Below are positions 37,856-52,575 of a DNA stretch of 64,000 nucleotides, piece after piece. The DNA lies in contig NC_086097.1 of NCBI RefSeq assembly GCF_963921235.1, positions 44,084,001 through 44,148,000 of the forward strand, read 5' to 3'. The first letter of the stretch is position 1, and every line of letters starts with the position of its first letter. The position numbers were made by a program, and so were the translations under genes. The notes beneath the pieces are model-generated. The model ran no database searches. It was not told where the DNA came from and saw only the letters and a program-made list of their open reading frames with translations. The DNA comes from Mobula hypostoma (Eukaryota).

Positions 37856-40800
37856 CTTCCTCCCCGTTTATATTAATGTAACGTAAAACCGTACATGTAC
37901 AAAACATTCAATTTCCCTTTCATTAACCCATATTCCATCTAATCATGCTGTCACAAAAACAGTCTGTAACTAATCTCACAGTTCTAAAGATTCAGTCTTT
38001 TGGGTGGCAATTTGCTTCTTTCAGGATAGCAGCTCTGGACCTGTGGAGTGGCATCAGGTTTGGCAGGTGACTTGTCTAAGACAACATTCTTCATTTTTGG
38101 TGTCACTTTGCTGTCAGTGACATGATCACCACCGAGAGGTAAGTCCGGTGACTGTAATGTATCCGACATCTTGAATCCAATCGACTCGGTATGTTCTTCA
38201 GTTGAGCATCCAGTATCTGGTCCACATGATGTCTCCATGTCTGATCTCCAACATCCACTGTGTACATCAGTGGTCCAGTTCTTGTGTCTATCCTACCTGA
38301 TGATGATTTGTTTTCTCGGTAATCACATGTTAGGACATGCTGTCCAATCTCAAAGCTCTTTGTTGCTTCACTTGGCAATTTGCTGATCTGTTTATTCTGC
38401 ATCTCCCTCCGTAGATCTGGTTTCAGGAGATCTATCTGAGATCACAGATACCTACTCATGAACAGTATTGCAGGTGTTTGATTTATCCTTGCATGAACAG
38501 AGTTCCGATACACAGAAAGGAAACTGTCCGCCTTGTGCTGTAGAGAAAAGTCCTCCTTGTCCATCAGTTTAATGGACTTCTTGAAGAGTTGGATAAACCT
38601 TTCAGCTAACCCATTCGTCGTTGGGTGATGAGGAGTTGACTTGAAATGTCTGATGCCATCTTTCTTCGAGAACAGTCGGAATTCTTCTGATGTGTATTAT
38701 GGTCCGTTGTCACTCACTATTTGTTCTGGTAAGCCGTTTCTGGTGAAGATAGACCTCAGAGCAGAGACAGTCTCTGCTGAGGTGGTTGACTTCATTGGTA
38801 TAACCTCCGGCCACCTTCAAGGAGCATCCACAGCAACCGGAAACATAGAGTCCATAAATGGCCCAGCAAAGTCGATATGTACTCTTTACCATGGTGAAGA
38901 CGGCTGTTCCCATGTGTGTAACGGTGTCTGTGGGGGTGTATTTTGAACACTTTGGCATCCCAAACAGTTTTTAGGCAAGTCTTGAATCTGGTTATCTATT
39001 CCCAGCCAACACACATAGCTTTGGACAAGATTCTTCATTTCGACTGTAGCCAGGTGTCCTTCGCACAGATTTTCTAACATTCTGGTCCGCAGTTTAGAGG
39101 GAACCACAACACAAGATCCACATATCAGCGCTCTTTGACATGCCAACAGTTGGTCTTGTCTCACTGAGAACTCTGGAAACACAGAGTTATCATGAGCAAG
39201 TCATCCTTGCATGGTGATCTCATTGACTTCTGACAATGTCGGGTCATTCCTTGTATCCCTTTGTATTTCGGAATCTGTTACCGGCAACTGGTCCATGAAT
39301 GCGATGTGGAACGCCTCTGCTGGGTCACAGTATGAAAACTATTTTTCATTTGCCAACAGTGGAAGACATGACAAGCCATCAGCATTGCTGTGTTGTCTGT
39401 TACTCTTGAGCTCTATGTATTAAGAGTGGGCTCCTAGGAATAGTGCCCAACTGGGTAGCAGTCGTCACTGGAATTCCCTTCTGGGATTGAAAATGATCAC
39501 AAGGGGCTGGTGACCTGTCACTAGTGTAAACTTTTGTCCATACAGGTAGTGGTGGAACTTCTTTATTCCCAAACTAGACTAAGGGCTTCTTGGTCAATCA
39601 GTGTATAGTTGTGTTCTGCACTCATCAGTGATCTTGAAGCAAACACAATTGGGTGTTGAGGTCCATCTTTCATAATGTGTGACAAAACAGCTCCAATGCC
39701 ATAAGGGGATGCTTCGCACGCCAGTCTGATGGGCGGGGTTGGGTCATAATGGGTGAGCAGTTCATCGAATGTTTTTAGTCTCTTTGTTTCCTTTTATGCT
39801 CTTTCACATCTTTCTGACCAATCCCACTTTGCTCCTATCTGTAACAGTGCATTCAATGGATGCAGCACTGTAGCAGTATTTGGGAGATATGAGATTTCAT
39901 TCTTGAAAAACTCACATTTCTCTCTGTTTGCATGCAGACTATATTCATTCAGCCTGGTAAGCACTTTACCAGGGTTCTGGAGGTGCTTTTCATCATTTTT
40001 GCCAGTCACGATGATGTCATCAAAGTAACACTGTGTTCCTGGGATATCTTGGAGCATTTGGTCCATTGCTCTTTGCCAAATTGTTGGAGCTGATGCGACA
40101 CCAAAGATGAGACAATTATTCTGGAACAGTCCCTTGTGAGTGTTGATTGTGAGGAACTTCCTGCTTGACTCCATTTGCTGATAGGCTTGTGACAAGTCAA
40201 TCTTTAAAAACCTCTCCCCGCCTGCCAAAGATGCAAAAATGTCTTCTATTTGTGGCAGAGAATACTGTACAGTACGCAGCACTGGGTTGAAGCTCACCTT
40301 GTAATCCCCACATATGCAAATAGCTCTGGCCTTCCCTTTCTTGATCACCGGGACAATGGCCATCGCCCAACCGCTCCATTCAGCCTTGCAGAGAATTCCA
40401 GATGTCTCCAAGCTCTGCAGTTCAGCATCCACTTGAGGACATTGTGGGTAAGACACTGGACACACTTTATGGAATCTTGGTGTTGCTGTTTCATCCAGTT
40501 CAATTCTGGCCTTCATGCCTTTGAGTTTAACAATCCCCTTCCCAAACAGCTTCTCATCAGCATTAAGCAGCTGTGCCAGTCTCCGGTTAGTGCTACCATT
40601 TGGGCTGCTGTCTCTTGTTGATGTCACACTGAGAGCTTTGACTGAGAGCCAGTCTAGTTGGATTTTTCTCAACTATTCACGTCTGAAAAGTGCTGACCCT
40701 CCTCTTTTCAATACATAAAGCTCTAACTGTTGTGTTTGACCTCCATACATCATATTTACTTCCAGTTTGCCTTTGGGAGACACTTCATCACCGTGTAAGT

Positions 40801-41956
40801 TTTTAGCATCACTGAGGTTTTCTCTAATGGTACCTTAGAAAACAGTCTGTTGCAGTCAGCCTCTGGAATTATGGACAAAGCTGATCCTGTATCCAGCTCC
40901 ATTTTCATTTTAAACCAGACAAATCTATTGTGTTCCAGGTGATGTTGTGATCTGCTTCAGTTATACTATGCAGTTCTAGGCATGGCAGTTCACCTTTGTC
41001 AGACATTGTATTGTCTAATTCTGTTCTACATTTGGTAACTTTATGCATTTGTTTAGTTCTGTGTTTGAGACTTTTCACTTTGTTGTTCTTTCTGGCTGCC
41101 TTGCACACTCTCTCTATGTGACCTTGTCAGTAGTACTCTCTGCAGACTTTTTCTTTGAACCAACGGTCATTTGCATCATGGGAGGATTTGCCACATTGAT
41201 AACATCATCAGCTTTTTGCACTGTTCAGGGACATTTTGTGAATTTCACATTCTAGCTTCCTTTACTGTAGTTCTGCTGCATCCTTTGCTGCAGTCTCTAA
41301 CGATGTTGCAATGGTCAATGCCCGTTCTAAGGTTAGGTCTCTTCCGGATAATAGCCTCTTTTGAGTTCTTTGACAATGCATGCCACATACAAGCCTGTCC
41401 CTAATGTAGCAGAAATCCATCTCTAAAGTCAGAGTGCTGGGAAAATTTGTGCAGTTCTGTGATGTGTTCAGAAATGCTTTCATCTTTTGACTGTTTCCTT
41501 TTGTAAAATCTAAATTCCTCAGCTGTTACTAGCAGTTTAAGGCTCAAGTTATTTTGTAAAATTGTAACTATTTTATTGAACGTCTTGCTTCCTGGCTTTT
41601 CAGGGGTTACTAGGTTGTGTAAGAGACTATGTCCTTTCAGCCAGTAAGCTAAGAAGTGTAGGGGCTTTCTTTTGCTCCTCCATGTTGTTCGTGTTACAAT
41701 ACAGTTCAACCCTCTCAATATATGACTCCCAGCCTTCATTAGCACTATCAAATTCATCAACTTTCCCAACTGAAGCCATCACTACATTATTTTCACTTTC
41801 AGTTCAGTGCATCTTTCACTGTTACTCACACGTTCCTTTGTTAGTTTCTGTGACAGCCTTCCCATGCTGTTTAACTCTCGCTCTTTCATTCCATAACTGT
41901 CAGTGCTGTTGGTTGGTGATATTCTCTGACATTCAGGTTTGTACTCGTCGGCAATT

Positions 41957-42039
41957 TGTTGTGTCTGTGTACAACTACATATCAATTAAGTAAAAGCAAG
42001 CACACGGGAGATGGCTTTAACTGGGGTATTCACATTGCA

Positions 42040-42081
<42 letters not shown>

Positions 42082-42157
42082 ACAATGTGCACATGCAGAC
42101 AACAGATCAATACGTAGTGCTAAGGGGGGGGACGTCATTACTCTAAAAGAAGTGATC
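41957..42157 (-). repeat. 5' LTR, outer end truncated, with expanded (GT)n(GA)n
   Basis: Homologous to 37665-37855. Microsatellite at about 42040-42080. Confidence 0.8.
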
Positions 42158-42994
42158 TTTGAGTCATGCTGTTATGGAAGGCAGAACAGAAATTGAGGTG
42201 ATTTAACCCAATAAATCCATGCTGGCTCACTCCAGTCAATCCAATTCCCACTCCATCTCCAGTGACCTTCATATTTATTTCCCTGATTCATATTCCATTT
42301 GAAATAATTGATTGTCTCGGCTTCTGTTACCCTTGTAGACAGAAAGTTCAAGGTCGTTTTCATCCATTGGGTAAAAAATAGACTCTCTCCCTTCTTCCCT
42401 GCATTTCCCCTGCACTGCTTGCCCAAAAGCTTAAGCAGTGTCCTTGAACTCCTCTCATGGGAGCAGCTTTTGGCCACCTTATATAAACCTGTTATAATCT
42501 CGTATACATTTTAAAAATTTCCTTTCAATTGCCGATAATACAACTTTAACTTCTCCAGCCTAACCTTGCAACTTGATCTTCCTCCCTGGAACGATTCCTG
42601 TAAATCTGCTCAGCAGTCTTCATACTCTTCTTAGAATGTGCTGACCACAACTGGCTGTGGTAAACCTATCCACCTCAATAACTTTGCTTATGAAGCTGAG
42701 GATCCCATATGTTTTGCTAAGCACCTTTAAAAAGACAGACCTAGAGCAGAGTTACTGGGTTAGTAGTTCAGAAGCCTGGAACTAATGACCTCTGGAGAAT
42801 TTAATACAGAAGCCATTGTGGCAGTGGGGGAATTTAAATTCAATTAATTAATGATGACCATTATGTTAATAAATTGCTGTAAAAATCCTTTCTTTGAAAT
42901 TGTGGTCTTCACTTGCTGAGTCTGTATACGCATAGGAAGGTGACTAGCTTTTCAGTGCCCTCTGATGCCATTCAGTTCAAAGGAAATGCTAATA

Positions 42995-43737
42995 CAGGTC
43001 GAGTACTCCTTGTCCAAAATTCCAAAATCCAAAAACCTCCAGAATCTGATATTTTAGTGGAAAGTTGCAAAAGGCACTGGGGAGTTTCCAGGCAATGAGC
43101 ATGTTTCAGCACACCACAAACAGTTCTGAGAAGTGACCACACATTTGTAACAAACAGAACTTAATGAAAAATAGAAAAACATTGCATGAAGTGAAAAATG
43201 AGGATCTCAGTCTTGAATTGGAAGAATGGATTCATCAGCATCGGAGTAAACATATGCCACTTAACGATATGCTGATCATGAAATGAGCAAATATCCATCA
43301 CGGCAAGCTGAAAATTGAATGTAATTGTTTCATACACAAAATTATTAAAAATATTCTATAAAACTAACCCCCGCTCCTGTTGTAGTTGTTGTGGAGTGGG
43401 TGGCGGTTTGAAATTGATGGCAGATATGAAGTCCATTGCTGTGCTGGAACCTGGTAGAAGATGTGGTGGGGGAGGGGGGTGGTCATTCAACTCTGACAGT
43501 TTGTGGAGAACCCAGTTCCATCCATCCTGAGGTTCAACTGTGGATTGTTCATTCTGTGAGCTTCACACCAGCTGTAAATAAGCTGCATATGTAATGTAAA
43601 TGGAGCTTGCGTTTAGACTTGGCTCCCATCCCCAAGGTATCTCATTATTTAGATGCAAGTAACTCAAAATCTGGAAAATTCCAAAATGCAAAACACTTCT
43701 GGCCCCAAGCATTTTGAATAATGGAAGCTCTGTCTGA
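42995..43737 (+). mobile_element. Tigger/pogo-like DNA transposon deletion derivative
   Basis: ta|caggtcgagtactcc..tccaaaattccaaaatcc terminus, a CENP-B-type HTH remnant LEEWIHQHRSKHMPLNDMLIMK, and a degenerate right end. Confidence 0.65.
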
Positions 43738-45008
43738 TTTACTGAGAAACAACTCTTGTATGGCAGCAGTGACTATAATTCAAGATTGTTTATTAGTAAT
43801 GAAATACGAACAGCTGTCATAAAATAATTATTTTTCTAAAGGTATGTTAGGGCTTGTCCAAAGAGAAATGACTTAAAGGAGAGCAAGTGGAAAGATAGAA
43901 AGATATAGAGAATGAGTTCAAGAGATTAATGCATTGGCATGGCCATAGTCCTCTGAGGTAATGTTCATCACATAAAGGAGGCACAAGAACCAGAGCTAGA
44001 GCAATTTCTCATTCTTGGAGAAAGTTTCAGAGGAAGGGAAGTGGGAACCTAAAGCGGGGTCAGAACATAAAACTTTTAATTTGAGTTAGTGTTGGACTTC
44101 AAGTTGATATTAGAGCACAGGAGTGACAATACGAATAGGACTTCACGTTAATTAGTATACAGGCACCAAAATTCTCAATAAGCTCATATTTGAGTAATTA
44201 TATTTTCTCCATAAGTGCTTGTGTAACAATGTGCTTCCTAATAGCATCAGCCATAGACCACCAGTAAGCCATACAGCAGTGTGAACGGTGGTAGGATTGT
44301 ATGTTTTATGATAATGAATGTGCACAACTGCCTGAGGAAATACCAGAGCACAGTGAGAGAACAACACCTACGGGTAGTTGGCTCGGAAAGGTTAGAACAA
44401 TTTGAGGAAACAAGTTTACCTAGAGTCAGAAATAGCAAATCAAGGAAGAGAATGGTACTAGATATTAAATTGCAAAGTGGACAAAAAACAAATTGCCAAG
44501 CTCAGTGAACACTGCAACATCAAAGCCTACAGTTTACTTAGAAGTGTAATGGCTCCAACTAAACCAGATGAAATGAGCTTTGCTGATATTGTGAACATAA
44601 TGCAGGAACATTTAGAACCAAAACCGTTGTTGATTGCAGAACACTTTATGTTTCATACGTGCAATTAAAGGAAGGGAAGTCTATTTCAGCTTAGGTGGCT
44701 GAATTAAATAAATTGTCCAAGAATTGCCATTCAGTAATGGGTTTAATGAGATGCACTGAGAGATTGTTTAGTTTGTGGAATCTTGCAAGAAAGCATTCAA
44801 AAATGGCTCCTAACTGAAGCTCAACTCACATTTAAAAGAGCAGTTGAAACCACTGTATCAATACAAACAGCAGCTAGAGATGCAATTGAGTTGCAATCAG
44901 GAATGAAAGTGAGCATGAACAAATTGTGTTACTGTTTTAGCAGGGGCTCACAGATTTTTAAAGGCAAAGCTTGCAGAAAATGCAACAAAGTAAGCCACAT
45001 ACAAATAT

Positions 45009-45888
45009 TGTAGCCTGGGGAAAAATACACCCGCAGGACAACAAATACTTTTTCGGGTCTTAAATTCCTTTATCTGTTTTAGATGTTTTATTACAGAAAG
45101 AGGATATCAACATAAAAACAACAAAATAAATTTTTAAAAAAACAGTTCCCACCATTACAATCTCAGTTTAACTTCAGACAACACCCTTGTTACGTATGCA
45201 GTATGAAAATAACTAAAACAAAATATACAAAACCAATACAGTATTGGCAATTCTAAAAAAAACAATACAAACAATGTTAGAATCCCACCAAACCTGTACA
45301 CAGTATCAAAAATATGAATAAATACATCTCATCTCAACTAAGAAATACTCACATTTGGCACACACGTGCTTAACTTCCAAACACATAGGCTAGACCTTGA
45401 ATGTGTTCTCCTCACTCATGCTACGTGAACAGACATTAGCACATTCACATTACTTTGTTACATTCATACTCAGTCATGAAACAATAAAGAAAGACAAATA
45501 AACTTTTACAATATATTGCCTTGTAGTCGAATTACTAAAAAGACTAACCTAGTAGGCCAATTAAGGAACTTCGCAATCAAGCTATCCAGCACTGATCACC
45601 CACATATATAACACGCCAGATTACTGATATTCAAGATTTACAAGCAAGTATAAATGAATTTACATGGATATTAGCAAATATGATTTACCTTTCCTCACCA
45701 AACCTGGGAAAAGCATTCAAATGTCATTATTTCTAGAAAATGGCAACTATTCATGATACTCCACCCATGCAAAATGACATCACTGTTTTCTCTTAAAGGC
45801 ACAGGCAGCTACTTCAGCACTACCAAGGAGAATACATAAGCGCATTTTAACAATAAAAAATTATATTCAATGGCCACCTGGTTAAACA
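45009..45888 (-). mobile_element. Candidate solo LTR inserted in Gypsy gag
   Basis: An 880-bp non-coding block with tgt...aca ends interrupts the zinc-knuckle codons. Flanks aatat / aaaat are an imperfect TSD. Confidence 0.5.
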
Positions 45889-46109
45889 AAAATCATGTCA
45901 GGCAGACAAAAATAAATGGACTGCACAGAGAAGATAAAAAGTCAAGTTAGTTTCAAAAGTAGCTCTAATCTGCATGTGATTAATGAAAAATCTGATAAAG
46001 ATGAGAGTGACACAGGACTAGCTAGCCTTGAGATTTATAATGTGAAAGCCAATAAGAGACAAGCAATATGGTTTACAGCAGAAATGAATGGCAAACTTGT
46101 GTGGTAGGT

Positions 46110-47104
46110 CAGGTTTAACAAATTTATAGAGTTTTTTGAGGAGTTTTTCGGTGCTGGGTACTTTGTTTTTTGTCATTTAAATCGATGATCTGGATGATAA
46201 TGTGGTTAACTGGATCAGCAAATTTGCGGATGACACCAGGATTCGGGGTGTAGTGGACAGTAGGAGGATCTGCATCAGCTGGAAAAATGGAAGATTGAAT
46301 TTAATGCAGACAAGTGTGAGGTTTTGCACTTTGGTAGGACCAACCAGGGTAGGTCTTACACAGTGAATGGAAGGGCACCAAGAACTTTGGCAGAACAAAG
46401 GGATCTAAGATACAGGTCCATAATTCTTTGAAAGTGGTGTCATGGGCAGATAGGGTCATAAACAAAGCTTTTAGCACATTGGCATTCATAAATCACTGTG
46501 TGGAGGACAGAAGATGGGATGTTATTTTGAATTTGTATAAGACGTTGGTAAGACCTAATTTGAAGTATTGTGTGCAGTTTTGGTCACCTACCTACAGGAA
46601 AGATGTAAACAAGGTTGAAAGAGTGCAGAAAAAATTTACAAGAATGTTGCCTTGTCTGAAGGATCTGAATTACTGTATAAGGAAAGATTGTAAAGGTTAG
46701 GACTGTATTCTTTAGGATACAGAAGATTGAGAAGACATTTTATAGTGGTATACAAAATTATGAGGGGTAAATGCAAGCAGGCTTTTTCCACTGAGGTTGC
46801 GTGAGACTACAACCAAGGGTCATGGGTTAAGGGTGAAAGGTGAGAAGTTTAAGGGGAACATGAGGGGAAACTTCTTCACTCACGGGCCTGTGAAAGTGTG
46901 GAATAGGCTGCCAGCACAAGTGGTGCATGTGAGCTCGATTTCAACATTTACAAGAAATTTGGATAGTTATATGGATTGTAGGGGTATGGAGGGCTATGGT
47001 CCCAGTGCAGGTTGATGGCAATAGGCAGTTTAAATGGTTTCAGCATGGAGAATGGGCTGAAGGGTCTACTTTGGTGCTTTACTTCTCTGTGACTCCATGA
47101 CTCT
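46110..47104 (+). mobile_element. CR1 LINE 3' part
   Basis: KFADDT, LYKTLVRPNLKYCVQFWSP, TKGHGLRV and a gactccatgactct tail. Confidence 0.85.
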
Positions 47105-47269
47105 AAATTGATTAAAAAGGAATAGTCAGACACTGTACTCACACATTATGATCCACACCATCCAGCGAAGCTCACCTTACAGTATAGATACAGTCATGTC
47201 ACACGCTATGAGTGATGGAAGTGAACACCACAATAATATTTGCATCACGTTCCCTTACCACTGCAGAGA

Positions 47270-47810
47270 AAACACATGCATGGAGAGCATTCTGACAGGC
47301 TGCATCACTGTCTGGTATGGGGAGCTACTGCACAGGACTGAAAGAAGCTGCAGAAGGTTGTAAATCTAGTCAGCTCCATCTTGGGTACTAGCCTACAAAG
47401 TACCCAGGACATCTTTAGGGAGCGGTTCTCAAAAAGGCTGCGTCCAATATTAAAGACCTCCAGCACCCAGGGCATGCCCTTTTCTCACTGTTACCATCAG
47501 GAAGGAGGTACAGAAGCCTGAAGGCACACACTCAGCGATTCAGGAACAGCTTCTTCCCCTCTGCCATCCGATTCCTAAACGTACATTGAATCTTTGTACA
47601 CTACTTCACCTTTTTTTTATATACAGTATTTCTGTTTTTCTGCACAGTTTTAAAATCTATTCAATATATGTAATTGATTTACTTGTTTACTTATTTTATT
47701 TATTTTTTTTTCTCTCTCTGCTAGATTATGTATTGCATTGAACTGCTGCTGCTAGGTTAATAAATTTCACGTCACATGTCGGTGATAATAAACCTGATTC
47801 TGATTCTGAT
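47270..47810 (+). mobile_element. Rex1/Babar LINE 3' end
   Basis: ESILTGCITVWYG, HPGHALFSLLPSGRRYRSL and a (ctgatt)n tail. Confidence 0.85.
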
Positions 47811-50800
47811 ACTTGAGTCTGGTTTGGGGTGTAAAACATTTCAGCCAGTACTTTTATGGGAGAGTTTACCCTCATCACTGATCTTCAACCACTACTGTCC
47901 ATTTTCAATCCACAGAAGGGAGTTCCACTAACAGCAGAGACACAAGTGCGGAGGTGGGCTCTGTTTCTTGGAGAACACAACTACAAGGTTGAATTCAGGA
48001 GGACAATTAATCATGGAAGTGCTAATGGATTGTTTGGTTTACCCCTTGAAAAGTAAATAACTGAAAAAGTTACAAAAGAGGACACTCCTCTTGATGCATT
48101 CCCCCTAATGCAAATTGAAAGTCTCCCTTTTACGGCAGAGATAATCTATAGGGAAACCAGCAAAGACCCTGCACTATCTCAGGTCTTCATGCCAACCCAA
48201 AATGGCTGGAACGTGCAGTAGAAATTCCAGTTCCCCCATTTTCACTAGCACTGTAATGAACTTGCACTTGAGAGAGGTTGCCTTATGTGGGGATTGACAG
48301 TTGTACCATCCAAGCTGAGAGCTATATGTTCCATGCTGGTCATCTAGGTGAGATCAAAATGAAAGCATTGGCTCGAAGCTTCGTCTGGTGGCCACAGCAG
48401 ATCGAACAGCTTGGCATACACTGTTCAGAATGCCAACACATCCAGAAGATGCCAGGAGCAGCACTCCACCCTCCCTGGGAATGGTCTGCATTCTCTTGGC
48501 AGCAGATTCTTGTGGATTTTATTGGACCTTTCATTTGCACAAATTTCTTGGTAGTAGCGGATGCAGCTACAAAGTGGCCAGAAGAGTTCCCAATAGCCTC
48601 CCCTACGGCCTCACACACTGTTGGTGTGTTGAGAAGCTTCTTTGCAAGGACTGGTGTTCTCGAACACTTAGTCGATGACAATGGATCACAGTTTGTGGTG
48701 GAACAGTTTCAGTCATTCCTGAAAATGAATAGAATAAGACAAATTACATCTGAGGCATACCGCCCGGCTACAAATGCTGAAAAGGTTTGTCTAGAGTCTA
48801 AAGAACGTACTGTGAGCAACGTCAGCAGAACACACTGCATGACACCGAATCAGAAGCTCGCCAATTTCTTCCTTGCATATCACAATGTACCACACTCCAC
48901 AACCAACACCTCACCAGCTCTGCTGTTCCTGGCTCGTCCCTTACACTCACGCTTGGATCTCCTCAAACCCAATCTCAGGAGGAATATGCAGGACAAACAG
49001 CTGAGGCAAATTGAGGGCTCCTCAAACAAAGAGGTTCGATGTTTCACACCCAGACAAGCAGTCCTAGCAAGCGACTACGGAGCTGATCAAAAGTGGGTAC
49101 TTGGAAAGATTAGGGACAGAACTAGACCATTTTCCTATACAGTGGAGATTGCGTATAATGTCATCTAGAGGCGATACATCGAACAACTGAGGAGAGCAAC
49201 GTCAACTGTTAGAGAAGAAAGGTGTCTAAGTATCGACTTTTGTTCATCTCCACCTTGCCAGAGATTTATCTATCCTCATACGTTTTACCTTCATATATTA
49301 TTCTGTCTGAATGTCCATTCTTTGGATTGCAGATGAAGGATTAATTTGTGTCTCTTTCAGCAGGTACTTCCTCTCCTCCTCTCTTTTTATTTCTGATTTC
49401 CTCTATCAACTGTTCTTGATTTTCACTTACAAGATTCAATGCCTATACAAATAAAAAATTGTTCACAAACAAAAGTTGGTACAGGACAGTGACAAAAAAG
49501 AATTTAGTTCGACGAACATTAGGATAAATTACGGCACTGGCGAAGTTTCAGTATTTCGGACAATACTCCACATTTACCTGAAACCAAGTAGCACTTCGAC
49601 ACAATTATAACGTGTCCCAGGTAAAAAAGGGATCAATATCCATGAGAGAGACTGAGGTCATCCACAATGGTGTGACAACTTTTGATTGTGTCATACTGCA
49701 TGATTGAAGACATCTGCCATCATCTTTATAAAAACAGAAGTGTTCAAACCATTGAAAGCACAATAAGAAGTATTCTGAGCATTTGTGTCAGAATTATTTT
49801 GGGAGGTAAAAAAAATGGCTATGGATTTTTATTCTGACGTCCTGTTGAAGGGAAAATGTCTAGTTTAAGCATTTTCTTTCTGTCTTTTATGTTGTTGGAC
49901 TGATGAAACAAAATCTACTTTCTCCTTAAAACCAGAGAAATAGCATCCGCAGCATTTAAATATGTGAATGTTTGGATTAATCAGATATTTGCTGCCTGTT
50001 GTTCTCAGACAAAAGGTGTGTGGAGAACTCTGTGCTTCAGCAACAAAGAGAGTATTCACTTTTTGTATTGCGAGTACTTAATACTTCACAAAGCCTGAAT
50101 GATTCACAAAGATCTCAAATTTTAATGTCCTCTCCTGCTTCACACACATGCACAGTTGAAATAACTGAAACGTTTGCTTAATAATAAATTGCTATAATTA
50201 GCTGTATTAATAATGAATTGCAGTGTTTAGCTGCATTGATTATATGGGTCTTAATCAAATTGTTTTTGCATATTCAGTGGATAATGCTTTGTTCCTGTTT
50301 TATTTAAATAGTTTTTATGGGCTAGACAGGCTTGGGAAAGGAGCAGCTTTGGGACTTAATTTAACTTGGCAAGCATTACAGTCTTAAACAGCTGCCAAAT
50401 AATCTGTATCCTACCAGACAGCCGGACCAATTGGACTAGTAAATGAAGCGAGAAGCTCCTGTAAATTTCTTACAAGAAGAAGATTGAGAGCACACTGCTT
50501 TCTTGTCCTTTCCCAAAGAAAAATAAACAACTTCTATGACCGTTCAGCTTTTTAAGATGATGACCCCTGTATAATTAATGCCATCATAACGCTGGCTTTG
50601 CTTTAGTGGTAATAGTTTTGTCTCTTTATCAAAAAGTTGTGGCTTCAAGACAAAACCTAGGTTTAGGCTGAGTAACCCTCTATGACACTTTTGGGTGATG
50701 TGATCACTTCTGCCTTCTCTAATGTCTCATGGCTGACAAATATATCAAAGATCTGAAGAGTTCTTCTACTTTCCTTGCTTATATTCATTGTGCTGTCTAC

Positions 50801-51785
50801 ACTAGATAATAAAAGTTTTGTGGCTGATTGTAGTCTTGTCACAGACCTCTGCATTCACCAATTTAAAAACTATTACCATGCTTTAACATTAATAATGCAA
50901 ATCCTGCAAGATATGTTAAAATGAAAGATATGAAAAATTTAACATATTGGCAATATTCAACAAAATGTTAATACAACCTCTAGTTAGAGTGTTTTCTGGG
51001 ATTAGCATATGTAGCAAACAACTTCAGCAACTGACTTCAGCCACCAGTCTTCAGATCTGAGTATGAACTGTGGATTAAATCTAAAATGTAGCTCTGAACA
51101 ATGGGTTCTTAAGATCTGTGAACCACGGTTAATTGGAAGATCAGACAATGCTGATTTAAATTTGCTATTTGGGTGCCTGCAGGCAGAGTGCGAAGAGGGA
51201 GATGTGAGAGCGGTGTGTAGTTAAAGGAAGCATTGTAAATATGGAATTGTCATGAATTGTCCTTTGATCTTTAGCACATAAAACGTCATGTAGTCTTGGG
51301 TCAAGTGGACTTTCTTCCGTCAAATGGGTCTCTTTTCTGCCTGCTGTTTCAGTTTGTCAAATAAGGAGACTGCCTCATATCTACCAGTACTTCTCTCTGG
51401 CGACTGTTCATGTGACAACTCCTTTGACATTTGGAAATGGGTTTGTAGCATCAAAGAAAACTTACAAAACAGAAGAAGCTGCTGTGTCTAATGAGATGTT
51501 GGATTGATGATAAAAATATGTAGAGCAAAGAGATGTATTGTTAAAATATGAAACAGAATTAAGCTTACATGCAAATCACAATGCACTGAGCCAAGAAATG
51601 ACATCTTCCTCAAATCAAGAGTTGGATAACATACACACAGTGCAGATCTATTTGCAAAGTTCAAAGAGACTCAGAAAGTCTGGATAGTAGCTACATCTGT
51701 AAATAGTATAATTATGTAAATCACCCTTTCAAAAAGACAAATGCAATCTGTAGTGTCACATAAATGTGCAGTGTATTATGATATA

Positions 51786-51985
51786 CACTTAGTGGTCACT
51801 TTATTAGGAACATCTGCAAGCCTGCTCGTTAATGCAAATGTCTAATCAGCCAATCATGTGACAGCAAGTCAATGCAGAAAAGCATGCAGATATGGGCAAG
51901 AAGTTTAGTTTTTGTTCACATGAAGCATCAGAAATGACTGTGGAATGATTGATAGTGCCAGGTGGGGCTGTTTGAGTATCTCAGA
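51786..51985 (+). mobile_element. Tc1/mariner-like terminal fragment
   Basis: ta|cacttagtggtcactttattagg terminus followed by taatcagccaatcatgtg, typical of fish Tc1-like left ends. Confidence 0.55.
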
Positions 51986-52274
51986 CGTCTCTCACGTATA
52001 CACCCGACTATAGACCATCTTTAGTCCTTTCCTTGCCTTCCTCCTTTACGTGTCTCCATCTTAATGTCCAGTAAAACTAACTTTTCCAGTTTTGATGAAA
52101 CATTATGAATTTGAAACAATTTTGTTTCAATCACCAAATATGCCTGCTCGTCTGCTGAGCGTTATTTCATCTAAACCAAAACAGTCTATTAATTATTTTC
52201 ACAAATAAAAAAATAATGTAATCCTTTGCAGATAACTCTGAAAAGGGCTAGGTTACAGATATCTAATTTAGTTC

Positions 52275-52575
52275 TAATACCGGAGAGCATGCACTTAAGG
52301 TGAAATTTCTAAAAGAGACATGAGGGGCAAGGTTTTACACAGAGAGTGGAGGGTACCTGGAATGTGCTGTCTGGGCTGCTGGTAGAGGCAAATACATTAG
52401 AGACTTTTAAGAGATGTTTAGATAGGCACACGAATGTGAGGGAAATGGGAGAATATGGACGTGGTGTAGGTAGAGGGGATTAGTTTAGTTGACCATTTAA
52501 TGACCAATTTAATTGGTTCGGCGCAACATTGTTGGCAGAGGGGCCTATTCCTGTGCTGTAATTTCTATATTGTAT
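52275..52575 (+). mobile_element. CR1 LINE 3' end
   Basis: ttttacacagagagtgg..cctggaatg...tttagataggcaca...gggcctattcctgtgctgta. Confidence 0.65.

Larger units (their letters stand above)
37665..42157 (-). mobile_element. Gypsy LTR retrotransposon with short LTRs and canonical gag-PR-RT-RH-INT order, disabled
   Basis: Direct repeats at 37665-37855 and 41957-~42157 (outer end lost). PPT at 37856-37869 and PBS-like ttgccgacgag at 41944-41954. Motifs ELDTGS, ICGDYK, FGVASAP, YFDD, LACEASPYGIG, GHL..CxxC and SDNGP. Confidence 0.9.
44430..49225 (+). mobile_element. Decayed Gypsy internal region broken by three insertions
   Basis: gag (AYSLLRSVMAPTKP, HLEPKPLLIAE, C..CNKVSH), RH (SPYSI..VMSH, LITDLQPLL) and INT (HAGHLG..KMKALARSFVWWP, DFIGP, DNGSQF). 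No LTRs recognised. Confidence 0.85.

Noticed and set aside
37655..42170. TSD for the minus-strand Gypsy element
   Set aside because: The outer end of the right LTR is missing, so no duplication can be assigned.
52080..52165. Additional hammerhead (ttgatga...gaaac)
   Set aside because: It is probably a very old PLE end, but the core and stems are too degenerate to call.
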